Positions 35,469 to 44,178 of a stretch of 51,763 nucleotides of DNA are shown piece after piece. The number at the start of each line of letters is the position of its first letter. Position 1 is the first letter of the stretch. The notes beneath the pieces are model-generated. The model searched no databases, was not told the DNA's origin, and saw nothing but the letters and a program-made list of their open reading frames with translations. Origin of the DNA: Acidobacteriota bacterium (GTDB lineage: Bacteria > Acidobacteriota > Terriglobia > Terriglobales > Acidobacteriaceae); the NCBI GenBank assembly GCA_043734305.1, contig JAYTFO010000255.1, forward strand, positions 1 through 51,763, given 5' to 3'. Made by a program: the position numbers and the translations under genes.

Positions 35469-35595
35469 CGCCGCCCCTTCGGCAAGCTCAGGGCAGGCTC
35501 GGCGGCTGTCGTGGGGGCGTCCTCGCTCGCATTGTGACAGCGAGGTCCCTCACACACATGTGGCGGCGAGACGCCGCCACGATGCCGGCGCTACA
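35465..35595. repeat. Composite copy of the GTAGCGCCGGC...ATGTGGCGGCG palindromic repeat family
   Basis: gtagcgccg...cggcggctgtcgtgggggcgtcc and acatgtggcggcgagacgccgccacgatgccggcgctaca. The sppA stop (35466-35468) lies inside the first arm. Confidence 0.75.
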
Positions 35596-35602
35596 AAAAC
35601 AA

Positions 35603-35878
35603 CTACACTCCCAGTTTTTTTACTTCTTCGTTGTAGTACTTGCGGTAGAGGATGCTCCATTCTTCGGAGCCCTCGATGATGGTGCGCTTCTGACTTTCGA
35701 TCTTGAAGCGGGCGGACTGATCGATGCGGGCTTCCTGCATCAGGAGTGCCTCGAGGATTTTGCGGACTTCCAGGCGAACGGTGTTGCGGTCCTCGATGAA
35801 CTCCACTTCGTCCATGTCAGCGACAGCGTCGGTGACGACGTGGGCGAGTTTATTGACTTTGTCGCGGCTCAATCGCAA
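35603..35878 (-). CDS. DUF507-family protein
   Basis: 91 aa, MRLSRDKVNKLAHVVTDAV..., resembles the DUF507 N-terminus. TTG start. Paired with a second DUF507-like gene. Confidence 0.65.
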   Translation of the reverse strand: MRLSRDKVNKLAHVVTDAVADMDEVEFIEDRNTVRLEVRKILEALLMQEARIDQSARFKIESQKRTIIEGSEEWSILYRKYYNEEVKKLGV

Positions 35879-35880
35879 AT

Positions 35881-35940
35881 CAGTTCTCAGTTCCCGGTTC
35901 TCAGTTCTCAGTGAAACCCGCCAGCTGAGAACTTAGAACC
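35881..35940. repeat. Word-hairpin element, CTGAGAA family
   Basis: agttctcagttcccggttctcagttctcagt ... gctgagaacttagaac. Exactly fills the gap between the two DUF507 genes. Confidence 0.85.
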
Positions 35941-35941
35941 A

Positions 35942-36220
35942 CTACAGGACAGCTTTATATTTTTTCGTCAGTTCCGTCTTTACCTTGCGAAACATTTCCT
36001 GGTAATTCGCGCCGGCCTTCTGCATTTCGTCGGAGTAGGCCTCAAGAATCACGCGCACTTCATCGTTGATGCGGTCTTCGAGCGCCAGTTCCTCGAGCAG
36101 GGCAGCATGCACCTTCTCATTGAGGGCGGGCACTGCCTTGGTCTCGATGAGACCACTCGCAGTCAGTTTCTTGGCGACTTCGCGGGCCAGATAGCCCACA
36201 TATTCCTTGGAGAAAAGCAT
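35942..36220 (-). CDS. DUF507-family protein (second copy)
   Basis: Start set at ATG 36220 (MLFSKEYVGYLAREVAKKL...). The track ORF extension to 36367 runs through a repeat. Confidence 0.6.
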   Translation of the reverse strand: MLFSKEYVGYLAREVAKKLTASGLIETKAVPALNEKVHAALLEELALEDRINDEVRVILEAYSDEMQKAGANYQEMFRKVKTELTKKYKAVL

Positions 36221-36251
36221 GTCGGAAGTTTGCAACGAAATTTTAACACGA

Positions 36252-36388
36252 GGGCAGAGGTTAGAGGCTAGATTGCAGAAGTTAAGCTGCGAGCTACGAG
36301 CTTCGAGCCAGGACCCGGGGGAACTCTCGAAGCCCGCGGCCGCAGCTCGAAGCAGCCACCTCCGCAATCTGACCTCTCACCTCTGCCC
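36252..36388. repeat. Nested word-hairpin: CAGAGGT-family outer arms, GCTGCGA-family inner arms
   Basis: gggcagaggttagaggctagattgcagaagt + agctgcgagctacgagcttcgagcc ... ctcgaagcccgcggccgcagctcgaagc + acctccgcaatctgacctctcacctctgccc. Confidence 0.85.
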
Positions 36389-36417
36389 TATCCATGCCGT
36401 ACAATGGCGGCTGACCC

Positions 36418-36894
36418 ATGTCACCACATCCTGACGATCTTACCGGCGTAAAAGATGATATGACGGCCTTCATCGAGGGCCTGGGCATGCGCCGTTTTTT
36501 TGGCTACGTTGAGGCGGAAGAAATTCCCTGTGTAATGTGGGATTCCGGCGCGAATCCCGATGGCTGGAAGGATTTCGCCGAGTTGGCGAAGTCGGCGGGA
36601 GCGGCTTTTCTGACCATGCACGCCTGGGTACTGGAACGCGAAGAGTTGGACCGGCTGTCGAAGCGCCTGGCCGATGGCGAGTACAGCAACGAAGAAGACC
36701 TGGAAGAAGCGCGCTGGCTGAAAGCCTATGTCGGCAAAACCGGTTTCCTGCAACTGGGATGGGCCCACCAGGGATGTATGTTCGTCTACGAAGCGGGCAC
36801 GGAGTGGTACGACCACTATCAGCGCTTGCGGGAGTTGTCCGACGAAGTCGGCGGCTTCATGATCGACGAGGCTGATCAGGACGACGAGAGGTAA
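36418..36894 (+). CDS. Hypothetical acidic protein (158 aa)
   Basis: Coding-like composition; no motif recognised; TACAAT -10-like box at about 36399. Confidence 0.5.
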   Translation: MSPHPDDLTGVKDDMTAFIEGLGMRRFFGYVEAEEIPCVMWDSGANPDGWKDFAELAKSAGAAFLTMHAWVLEREELDRLSKRLADGEYSNEEDLEEARWLKAYVGKTGFLQLGWAHQGCMFVYEAGTEWYDHYQRLRELSDEVGGFMIDEADQDDER

Positions 36895-36900
36895 TGTGGT

Positions 36901-36971
36901 GCTTAGCAGTTAGCATTTGGCATTTGGCCAAAGAAGTTGGAAGCGAAGGCCCTGGCCAAGTGCCAAGTGCC
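36901..36971. repeat. Word-hairpin element, GTTAGCA/TTTGGCA family
   Basis: gcttagcagttagcatttggcatttggcca ... tggccaagtgccaagtgcc, between convergent stops (36894 and 36976). Confidence 0.8.
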
Positions 36972-36975
36972 TTCC

Positions 36976-37848
36976 CTACGCCGTTTCGACCGTGCTGATC
37001 TCTTTGGCGATTTCGGCGGCTAGTTGGTCCTTGCCAGGCATGTGCTTGCGTACAATCCCAGGAAACTCGGCGAGGATTTCTTCGCAACTACGGATAGAAC
37101 AATGCGGCGCCGCCACAAAGCCGAGCGCGTCCGCGAGTAGGCAACTGTGGCGGATGACCTCCGCGGCGTCCTCGTGGTGAGTCAACGGTTCGTGATGGGA
37201 GCAAGTGGTCTCAACGAATGATTCCGGAAGCTTCCAGGCTATTACCAGCATGCGTCCGGCGAAGCAGTGATCGATTCCGAAGGACTCGCGCTCTCTCTGA
37301 AGTACGTCCCACGCCGGGTCGGTTGCCGCTCGATCGATTAGGTCAGAGTATGACTGAGGACTGACCGTCGCCAGCGCAATCCTTCCGATATCATGCATAA
37401 GTCCGGACGTGTAGGCGAAATCGCGGTCGATGGAATTCCACCGCGCCATTTGTTCCGCAATCATGGCGCAGGCCACGCTGTGCCGCCAACACGCTTGCAG
37501 GGCGGGGCTGAACGGCTTCATATACGATCGCAGTCCGACCGCCATGACGATTCTCCTTAGGCGGCGGAAGCCGAGCAGCATCGAGGCTTGCATGATGCTG
37601 GTCACTTCCTTGGAAAATGCGATGAGCGGAGAGTTGGCGATCCGGAGAATTTCGCCTGTAAATACCGGGTCAAGGCGGACCAGATCGCATAGTTCGCTCA
37701 GGGACGAATTGGCCCCCGTCACCAGATTCAGGGCCTTGAGTGCCACGGTGGGAAAAGGAGGAAGCTTCCCCAGAGCAAGCAGCATTTCCGGCTTGGCGGA
37801 TTTCGGCGGGTTGGCGGTAAGAGTTCCCATAGCAAAATACAACTGCAT
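36976..37848 (-). CDS. HDOD domain-containing protein
   Basis: LPPFPTVALKALNLV...LCDLVRLDPVFTGEILRIANSPL is the HDOD signature. HD-like residues (HSVACA, GLMHDIG). Confidence 0.83.
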   Translation of the reverse strand: MQLYFAMGTLTANPPKSAKPEMLLALGKLPPFPTVALKALNLVTGANSSLSELCDLVRLDPVFTGEILRIANSPLIAFSKEVTSIMQASMLLGFRRLRRIVMAVGLRSYMKPFSPALQACWRHSVACAMIAEQMARWNSIDRDFAYTSGLMHDIGRIALATVSPQSYSDLIDRAATDPAWDVLQRERESFGIDHCFAGRMLVIAWKLPESFVETTCSHHEPLTHHEDAAEVIRHSCLLADALGFVAAPHCSIRSCEEILAEFPGIVRKHMPGKDQLAAEIAKEISTVETA

Positions 37849-37917
37849 ACTCTATCGACACTCGCCACACGGACCGCTCATGACCGAAGGGCGTACCTTC
37901 ACGGATGGCGTGAGGTG

Positions 37918-38103
37918 AATGTAGCGCCGGCATCTTGCCGGCTGTCGTGGCGGCGTCCCGCCGCCACATCGGATTGCGGTGTTGCCTAGCATGTGGGAGA
38001 CCCCGCCCCCGGCGCGGCGGGTTGTCCTTGCTCGACGAGGTGCTCTCGCACATGTGGGGGCGGGACGCCCCCACGACAGCCGCCGGGACGGCGGCGCTAC
38101 ATT
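37918..38103. repeat. ~186-bp palindromic (MITE-like) element: two ~52-bp inverted arms of the GTAGCGCCGGC...CCGCCACAT family
   Basis: Left arm aatgtagcgccggcatcttgccggctgtcgtggcggcgtcccgccgccacat. Right arm acatgtgggggcgggacgcccccacgacagccgccgggacggcggcgctacatt. 80-nt spacer. Confidence 0.85.
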
Positions 38104-38178
38104 CGGCGTTCTCACAAAAAAGCAGATGCCGGGTCGCGCGTTCCACGTCGGTCACCACTAGAATCGTTTGCGAGCCCT

Positions 38179-40068
38179 ATGCGTTGGATCTCCAAGCCGG
38201 CTGATGCGGTAAAAGCACGAGTACTTAGTGCGGCGCTTACTCAGAGCGGCCTGAAGATTGCGCCGGCGGCTCTGCCTGTGCTGGCCGACCTGCTGGTGCG
38301 GCGGGGAATCGACGAGCCCGAAGCGGCGCAGCGTTTTTTGGTACCGGAACTTTCGCATCTCCATGATCCGTTGCAGATGAGCGGGATGAAGCTTGCGCTC
38401 GACCGTCTGGAAGCGGCGGTGGAGCGCAAAGAAAAAGTGCTGATCTACGGCGACTACGATGTGGACGGCACCACCGCCATTGTCATTCTCAAAACTGCGA
38501 TTGAGCTGTGTGGCGGCGCCGCCGACTTTCACGTCCCCCACCGCATTCGCGAAGGCTACGGCATGCGCGATGAAGTCATTGAGCGCGCGGCCGCCGACGG
38601 CGTGCGCCTGATCATCAGCGTGGACACAGGCATCCGCGCCTTCGCCGCCGCCGACACCGCCCGCCGCACCGGCGTCGACCTGATCGTCACCGACCATCAC
38701 TTGCCGGGGACCGACGGCCTTCCCCAGGCGCTTGCCGTGGTCAATCCCAATCAGGAAGGATGCGATTATCCCTGCAAATATCTTTGCGGCGCGGGCGTCG
38801 CGTTCAAACTCGCCCAGGGACTGATGCAGCGCCGGCTCGACCCGAAAGATCAGTCGCGGTTGCTGATGTCGTTCATGAAAATTGTGGCGATTGCTACCAT
38901 CGCCGACGCCGTCCCGCTGCTCGGTGAGAATCGCGTGTTTGCGAGTTTGGGTCTGCAAGGGTTGCGCAAGCCGGTCAACGTGGGATTGAAGGCCTTGTTG
39001 GAAGTCGCGAAACTGGGCGACGGGCGTGCGCTTACGTCCACCGAAGTTGCTTTCCGAATCGCACCTCGCATCAACGCCGCCGGACGCATGGACGCGGCCC
39101 GCGATGTGGTGGAACTATTCAGTGTGAAAAACATCGAACGAGCTCGCCAGATTGCGGGGCGGCTCGATCAGCTCAACGCCGAGCGCCAGGATGAAGAACG
39201 CCGCATATTGGAGAGCATCGAGCGCCGATTGGAAGAAGAGCCCGCGCTGCGTGACACCTATTGCATGGTGATTGAAGGCGACGGCTGGCACCGCGGCGTG
39301 ATCGGCATTACCGCCACGCGTATCGTCGAAAAATATGGACGGCCGACGCTAGTGCTGTCGCGCGACGGAGAAGAGTCGCATGGATCGGGGCGTTCGATTC
39401 CGGCATTTCACATGCTGGATGCGCTCGAATCCTGCCACGAATTGTTTTCGCGCTACGGCGGGCACGCGCACGCGGTCGGCTTCGCTTTGCCAGCCGCGAA
39501 TGTTGAGAAATTATGTGCGCATCTCGATGCCTACGCTCGCGCCCGGCTCACGCTCGTGGACTTCGAACCGCAGCTTGAGTTTGACGCGAATCTTCCGATC
39601 GAGAACGTGACGCCTGAACTGCATCATGCTCTGAGTCTGCTCGAACCGTTCGGCATGGACAATCCCGAGCCCGTTTTTGTGGCGCAGGCGGTGCGGCTGG
39701 TTGCGCCGCCGCAGGCAGTTAAGGAAAAACATGTTCGCTTAAGGATTGCGCCTGCGGCACTGGAGGCACCGGCCTCCGACCGGGATGGGGCCGTCGGTGT
39801 GGGGCGGGCACTCTTGCCCGCCGTCGGAGTTATTTCCGATGCAAGCCAGCGGACAGGAGTGTCCACTCTACATTCTTCGTCTTCATCTTCGCCATGGCGG
39901 CGAAACATCACTTTCAAGGCGATGGGATGGGGTCTAAAAGAATCCTGCCACCAATTGCGGTTGCTGGCGGGCGATCGCCTCGACATCGCATACTGCCTGG
40001 GCATGAACGACCATCCCGAATTTGGAGGGCTGGAGTTGTCGCTGCAGGACGTGGTGCGCAGCAAGTGA
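38179..40068 (+). CDS. recJ: Single-stranded-DNA-specific exonuclease RecJ
   Basis: DHH motifs (IYGDYDVDGTT, DLIVTDHH, GHAHAVG of DHHA1). Start set at ATG 38179 (MRWISKP...); the track ORF from 37993 is read through the repeat. Confidence 0.92.
   Translation: MRWISKPADAVKARVLSAALTQSGLKIAPAALPVLADLLVRRGIDEPEAAQRFLVPELSHLHDPLQMSGMKLALDRLEAAVERKEKVLIYGDYDVDGTTAIVILKTAIELCGGAADFHVPHRIREGYGMRDEVIERAAADGVRLIISVDTGIRAFAAADTARRTGVDLIVTDHHLPGTDGLPQALAVVNPNQEGCDYPCKYLCGAGVAFKLAQGLMQRRLDPKDQSRLLMSFMKIVAIATIADAVPLLGENRVFASLGLQGLRKPVNVGLKALLEVAKLGDGRALTSTEVAFRIAPRINAAGRMDAARDVVELFSVKNIERARQIAGRLDQLNAERQDEERRILESIERRLEEEPALRDTYCMVIEGDGWHRGVIGITATRIVEKYGRPTLVLSRDGEESHGSGRSIPAFHMLDALESCHELFSRYGGHAHAVGFALPAANVEKLCAHLDAYARARLTLVDFEPQLEFDANLPIENVTPELHHALSLLEPFGMDNPEPVFVAQAVRLVAPPQAVKEKHVRLRIAPAALEAPASDRDGAVGVGRALLPAVGVISDASQRTGVSTLHSSSSSSPWRRNITFKAMGWGLKESCHQLRLLAGDRLDIAYCLGMNDHPEFGGLELSLQDVVRSK
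39796..39875. repeat. Palindromic repeat (GGGCGGGCACTCTTGCCCGCC / GGACAGGAGTGTCC type) embedded in frame in recJ
   Basis: Each arm matches the 33548-33650 element at about 20 of 28 positions. Translates as ...VGVGRALLPAVGVISDASQRTGVSTLHS.... Confidence 0.7.
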
Positions 40069-40136
40069 GCCAATGAAAGTTGATTGGCGAAGTTTGGCCT
40101 TTACAGGTTCCGGTCCGGTCTCTATAGTGCCCGTTT

Positions 40137-40766
40137 ATGAATGGAACTTTCTTTTGCACGCAGTGTGGCGCGCCGAATACAGCAGGCGCCCAGTTCTGCA
40201 CGCAGTGTGGCGTCTCGATCCAGGCGGCGGGTGCGTCCGCTCCAGCGGCTGTGGCCAAGCCTGCTCCGGCGGGCGTGAATCCTTACCCGCCCGTGGCACA
40301 GTATCCCGGCGCTGCTCAGGTCTGCGGCGTTCGCTATGGTGGCTTTTGGATCCGCTTCGTAGCCGCGATCATCGACGGCCTTATTGTTCAAGCCGTGGTC
40401 ATGCCGCTAAGCTTCGTAGTTGGCGGGGTGACCGGGATTGCGGGAGCAGCGAGCGGCGTTTCGAGATCCGGGCTTTCTCTGCTCGGCGGAGGATTCGGTT
40501 TCATCATCGGCATTGCCGCCACTTGGTTGTATGAGGGGCTGATGACAAGTTCCGCCCGGCAGGCAACGCTCGGCAAGATGATATTTGGAATGAGAGTCAC
40601 CGATCTCTACGGCAACCGGATCTCATTCGGCCGTGCCACCGGACGCTATTGGGCCAAGTGGATCTCCACGCTGACCCTGCTCATCGGCTACATCATTGCG
40701 GGATTCACCGAGCGCAAGCAGGCACTCCATGACATGATTGCCGGAACGCTGGTGCGGATTACGTAG
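40137..40766 (+). CDS. RDD-family membrane protein with an N-terminal zinc ribbon
   Basis: CTQCGAPN...CTQCG zinc ribbon, Pro/Ala linker, then an RDD-like domain (GGFWIRFVAAIIDGLIV...RQALHDMIAGTLV). Confidence 0.78.
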   Translation: MNGTFFCTQCGAPNTAGAQFCTQCGVSIQAAGASAPAAVAKPAPAGVNPYPPVAQYPGAAQVCGVRYGGFWIRFVAAIIDGLIVQAVVMPLSFVVGGVTGIAGAASGVSRSGLSLLGGGFGFIIGIAATWLYEGLMTSSARQATLGKMIFGMRVTDLYGNRISFGRATGRYWAKWISTLTLLIGYIIAGFTERKQALHDMIAGTLVRIT

Positions 40767-40897
40767 TCAGTGGGCTCTCCGCGAACGGAGCCGCGGCAAG
40801 CCGCGACTATTTATTCAGGTGCTGCTCAGTGGCAATACCCGCCCTCCTGCCGGCGAGTCGCGGCGCTACTCTACTGGCTCCGGTAAACTAAGCGCAG

Positions 40898-43258
40898 ATG
40901 CCTCTTCCTGTTTCCCGGCTGCGCAAGTGGTTTGCGGTGGGCGCGATCCTGATGGTCGCAATGGTTGCCGGCATGTATGGGTACGCGCGCTGGCGCGTGC
41001 GCAACGCTCTGCACGATATCCCTAAAAAAATTGGTATCGAGATCTCGCAGACTGCGGAGGGGTTTTCTATTTCCAAGTCCGAAGAAGGCCGCACGTTGTT
41101 TACGGTCAGCGCTTCGAAGGCGGTGCAGTTCAAGAAGGGTGGACACGCCGAATTGCACGACGTCAAGATCGTCGTCTACGGAAAAGATGCCAGCCGCTTT
41201 GATCGCATTACCGGCGCTGATTTTGAATACGACCCAGCGTCCGGCGATGTGACGGCCAAGGGTGCGGTCTCAATTGACCTGGAAGCAAATCCCGAGGGCG
41301 TGCGTGCGTCCGACCAGGCGGCTCCTCGTGAGACGAAAAATCCGATTCACATCGAAGCCAGCGGGATGGTATTCAATCGCAATACCGGCAACGCTGCGGT
41401 TAACGGACGCGTCATGTTTCAGACGCCGCAAGCATCGGGTTCGGCAGTGGGCATTCAGTACGTCGCGAAGACCGGCACACTGAGCCTGCTGGCGGACATC
41501 TCTCTTGATATAGCCAGCCCGCAACAGGCTCATCTGACGGCCGCGCACGCGGAAATCACCAAGCAGCCACGCCGGGTTGTGCTTAGCAATCCGCGGATGT
41601 CGCGTGAGCAGCAACAGCTGTCGTCGGACAGTGCTTCATTTTTCCTGCGTCCCGATAACACGGTGGACCGCGTGCTCGCCGAAGGAAACGTGCAAACGGA
41701 ATTGCACGGAGCGTCTCGTGCGAGCGATGTGGGCGATACACGCTCGCGAGCCGACCGCGCCGAACTGTTGCTGACTGGGTCGCGCAGTCTGCTGCAAACA
41801 GCAATTCTCAGCGGCAATGTACAGATGCTGGCGCAGGGAGCACAGCCCGTCCAGGCCTCGGCGGGACGCGTGACTCTGCATTTCGCCGGCAAGCAGCTTC
41901 TCCAGACCGTCCATGCCGAAAATGGTGTGCGGCTCGCGCAGCAGAAAAATTCAAGCGGAGCGGGAGTCGTTGCTGCTTCCGCGACCTCAACGGCATCCAA
42001 GTCAGCATCAGCATCGGTATTGTCATCATTGTCAAAGACTGGTGCGCCCGATTCGCAGGATATGGAACTGACCGCACCGACGATGGACTTCACGCTCAAG
42101 AACGGACGCCAACTTGAAATGGCTGAGACCAGCGGACCGCCGCAGATCGTCATCGCGCAGCCTGGAGTTCATCAGAAGACGGTGGTCACGGCCGTGAAGT
42201 TTACTTTTGGTTTCACCGGGAAGAATCGTCTGGCGAGCCTGCACGGAGCGCCCGACGCGAAAATTGTGACCAGCGCTACGGGCCAGCCCGACCGTACATC
42301 GTCGAGCCAGGCGCTGGATGTTGCTTTTCGTCCGACTGGCGGCATTAGCTCCATCACGCAGGCGGGTGGCGTCGCTTATGTGGACGGAACGCTCAAGGCA
42401 TGGGGACAGCGTGCCAGCTACACGACGGCGGATCAACTGCTTGTCCTGAGCGGATCGGCGCGCGTTGCCGACAGCGGCATGAGCACCACAGCGCAAGTGA
42501 TTCGCCTGGATCGTACGACCGGAGATGCGATCGCCGAGGGCGATGTGAAGAGCACGTACTCGGAGTTGAAGGCGCAGCGGGACGGCGCGCTGCTGGCTTC
42601 CGCCGATCCGATCCACGTGACCAGTCGCACCCTGACGGCTCGTCGTACGCCCGCCATCGCGATTTATTCCGGCAATGCGCGCCTGTGGCAGAACGCGAAC
42701 GTGGTCCAGTCTCCCAGCATTCAGTTTGACCGCGAGCAGCGCTCGCTGGTGGCGCAGGGAACCGCGGAACAGCCGGTTTCGACCGTGCTCGTTCAGATCG
42801 ACAAGAGCGGCAAGGCAATGCCGGTTGCGGTGACGTCTCCGCGGCTTGCTTATAACGATGCCGAGCGAAAAATCGTGCTGGATGGCGGCGTCACCGCCAA
42901 AGGCGCCGACGTCACCATGACCGCCGCGCAGATGAACGTGTTCCTGCGGTCCCGGGCCCAGTCTGTTTCAGGTGCGGAGTCGGGTACGAACAGCGCCGTC
43001 CCCGGACAAGTCGAGCGGATCGTGGCCAACGGCGCCGTCGTGATCACGCAGCCGTCCCGCCGAGCGACGGGCGAGAGGCTGGAGTACGTTGCGGCGGACG
43101 AAAAGTTCGTCCTGACCGGCGGACCGCCCAGCATTTTTGATGCCGAACACGGCAAGATTACCGGCGATTCGTTGACTTTCTTTAGACGCGATGATAGGGT
43201 GCTGGTTGAAGGCAGAGAGACGTCCCCGACAACAACCAGGACGCGAGTGGCACGATAA
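40898..43258 (+). CDS. Large LptC/LptA (OstA)-like periplasmic LPS-transport protein, apparent multi-domain fusion
   Basis: 786 aa; N-terminal TM anchor; repeated beta-jellyroll-like OstA segments. Sits immediately upstream of lptB, with its stop abutting the lptB ATG, in the conserved lptC-lptA-lptB-rpoN-hpf context. Confidence 0.65.
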   Translation: MPLPVSRLRKWFAVGAILMVAMVAGMYGYARWRVRNALHDIPKKIGIEISQTAEGFSISKSEEGRTLFTVSASKAVQFKKGGHAELHDVKIVVYGKDASRFDRITGADFEYDPASGDVTAKGAVSIDLEANPEGVRASDQAAPRETKNPIHIEASGMVFNRNTGNAAVNGRVMFQTPQASGSAVGIQYVAKTGTLSLLADISLDIASPQQAHLTAAHAEITKQPRRVVLSNPRMSREQQQLSSDSASFFLRPDNTVDRVLAEGNVQTELHGASRASDVGDTRSRADRAELLLTGSRSLLQTAILSGNVQMLAQGAQPVQASAGRVTLHFAGKQLLQTVHAENGVRLAQQKNSSGAGVVAASATSTASKSASASVLSSLSKTGAPDSQDMELTAPTMDFTLKNGRQLEMAETSGPPQIVIAQPGVHQKTVVTAVKFTFGFTGKNRLASLHGAPDAKIVTSATGQPDRTSSSQALDVAFRPTGGISSITQAGGVAYVDGTLKAWGQRASYTTADQLLVLSGSARVADSGMSTTAQVIRLDRTTGDAIAEGDVKSTYSELKAQRDGALLASADPIHVTSRTLTARRTPAIAIYSGNARLWQNANVVQSPSIQFDREQRSLVAQGTAEQPVSTVLVQIDKSGKAMPVAVTSPRLAYNDAERKIVLDGGVTAKGADVTMTAAQMNVFLRSRAQSVSGAESGTNSAVPGQVERIVANGAVVITQPSRRATGERLEYVAADEKFVLTGGPPSIFDAEHGKITGDSLTFFRRDDRVLVEGRETSPTTTRTRVAR

Positions 43259-43987
43259 ATGCATACGTTGGCCACCGACGAAATCGGCAAAAGTTACAGT
43301 GGCCGGCGGGTAGTGAACGGAGTCAGCATCCAGGTGCAGCAGGGAGAAGTGGTTGGCCTGCTGGGACCGAACGGTGCCGGAAAGACTACCTCCTTCTACT
43401 CCATTGTTGGTCTCATTCCTCCCGATACCGGTAGAGTGCTGTACGACGACGACGATATCACCAGCGTTCCCATGTACTTACGGGCACGCCAGTACGGCAT
43501 CAGCTACCTCCCGCAAGAAGCTTCGGTGTTTCGCAAGCTGACGGTTGAGGAGAACATTCTCGCCGTCCTGGAAGCCCAGCCGATCTCCTGGCACGAACGC
43601 CGGGAGAAGGCGGAGCAGCTGATTGACCAGCTCGGACTGGAGCATATCCGGCAGAATAAAGGCTATGCGTTGTCGGGCGGAGAGCGTCGCCGGGTTGAAA
43701 TTGCGCGGTCGCTCTGCATCAACCCGACCTTCATCCTGCTGGATGAACCGTTTTCGGGCATCGACCCGATCGCAGTTCTGGATTTGCAGAAGATCATTTC
43801 AGATCTGCGGGCAAGCGGTATCGGGATTTTGATCACCGACCATAACGTCCGCGAGACGCTGTCGGTGACGGATCGGGCCTACATCATCAACGAAGGCCGC
43901 ATCTTCCGCTCCGGTACGCCGGAGCAGTTGGGGAGTGACCCAGAGGTACGCCGGGTGTATCTGGGAGAAAGCTTTTCACTGGTTTAG
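43259..43987 (+). CDS. lptB: LPS export ABC transporter ATP-binding protein LptB
   Basis: Walker [10 protein letters not shown], signature [13 protein letters not shown], Walker B ILLDEPF. Position upstream of rpoN. Confidence 0.94.
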   Translation: MHTLATDEIGKSYSGRRVVNGVSIQVQQGEVVGLLGPNGAGKTTSFYSIVGLIPPDTGRVLYDDDDITSVPMYLRARQYGISYLPQEASVFRKLTVEENILAVLEAQPISWHERREKAEQLIDQLGLEHIRQNKGYALSGGERRRVEIARSLCINPTFILLDEPFSGIDPIAVLDLQKIISDLRASGIGILITDHNVRETLSVTDRAYIINEGRIFRSGTPEQLGSDPEVRRVYLGESFSLV

Positions 43988-44061
43988 TCCAGTTACGAAG
44001 GCGTAGCCGGATTGACCTTTCGTGCCGAGGGAGTCTACCTCGGTGCATGAGAAGTTAGTAA

Positions 44062-44145
44062 GGGCAGAGGTAAGAGGTCAGATTGCAGAAGTGAAAATTT
44101 ACACCAGGGTTTCACCTCTGCAATCTGACCTCTGACCTCTGACCT
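44062..44145. repeat. Word-hairpin element, CAGAGGT family
   Basis: gggcagaggtaagaggtcagattgcagaagtgaaa ... tttcacctctgcaatctgacctctgacctctgacct, between lptB and rpoN. Confidence 0.9.
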
Positions 44146-44178
44146 TGTAGAGCCGGAAGCACACGTAGAGATTAAGAC

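Noticed and set aside
36245-36367. N-terminal extension of the second DUF507 gene (track ORF to 36367)
   Set aside because: The extension is translated through the nested word hairpin. DUF507-like sequence starts at ATG 36220.
37993-38178. N-terminal extension of recJ in the ORF track, and the overlapping ORFs 37852-38115, 37935-38204 and 37979-38161
   Set aside because: All are read through the 186-bp palindromic element and give Arg/Pro/Gly-rich products. RecJ homology begins at MRWISKP (38179).
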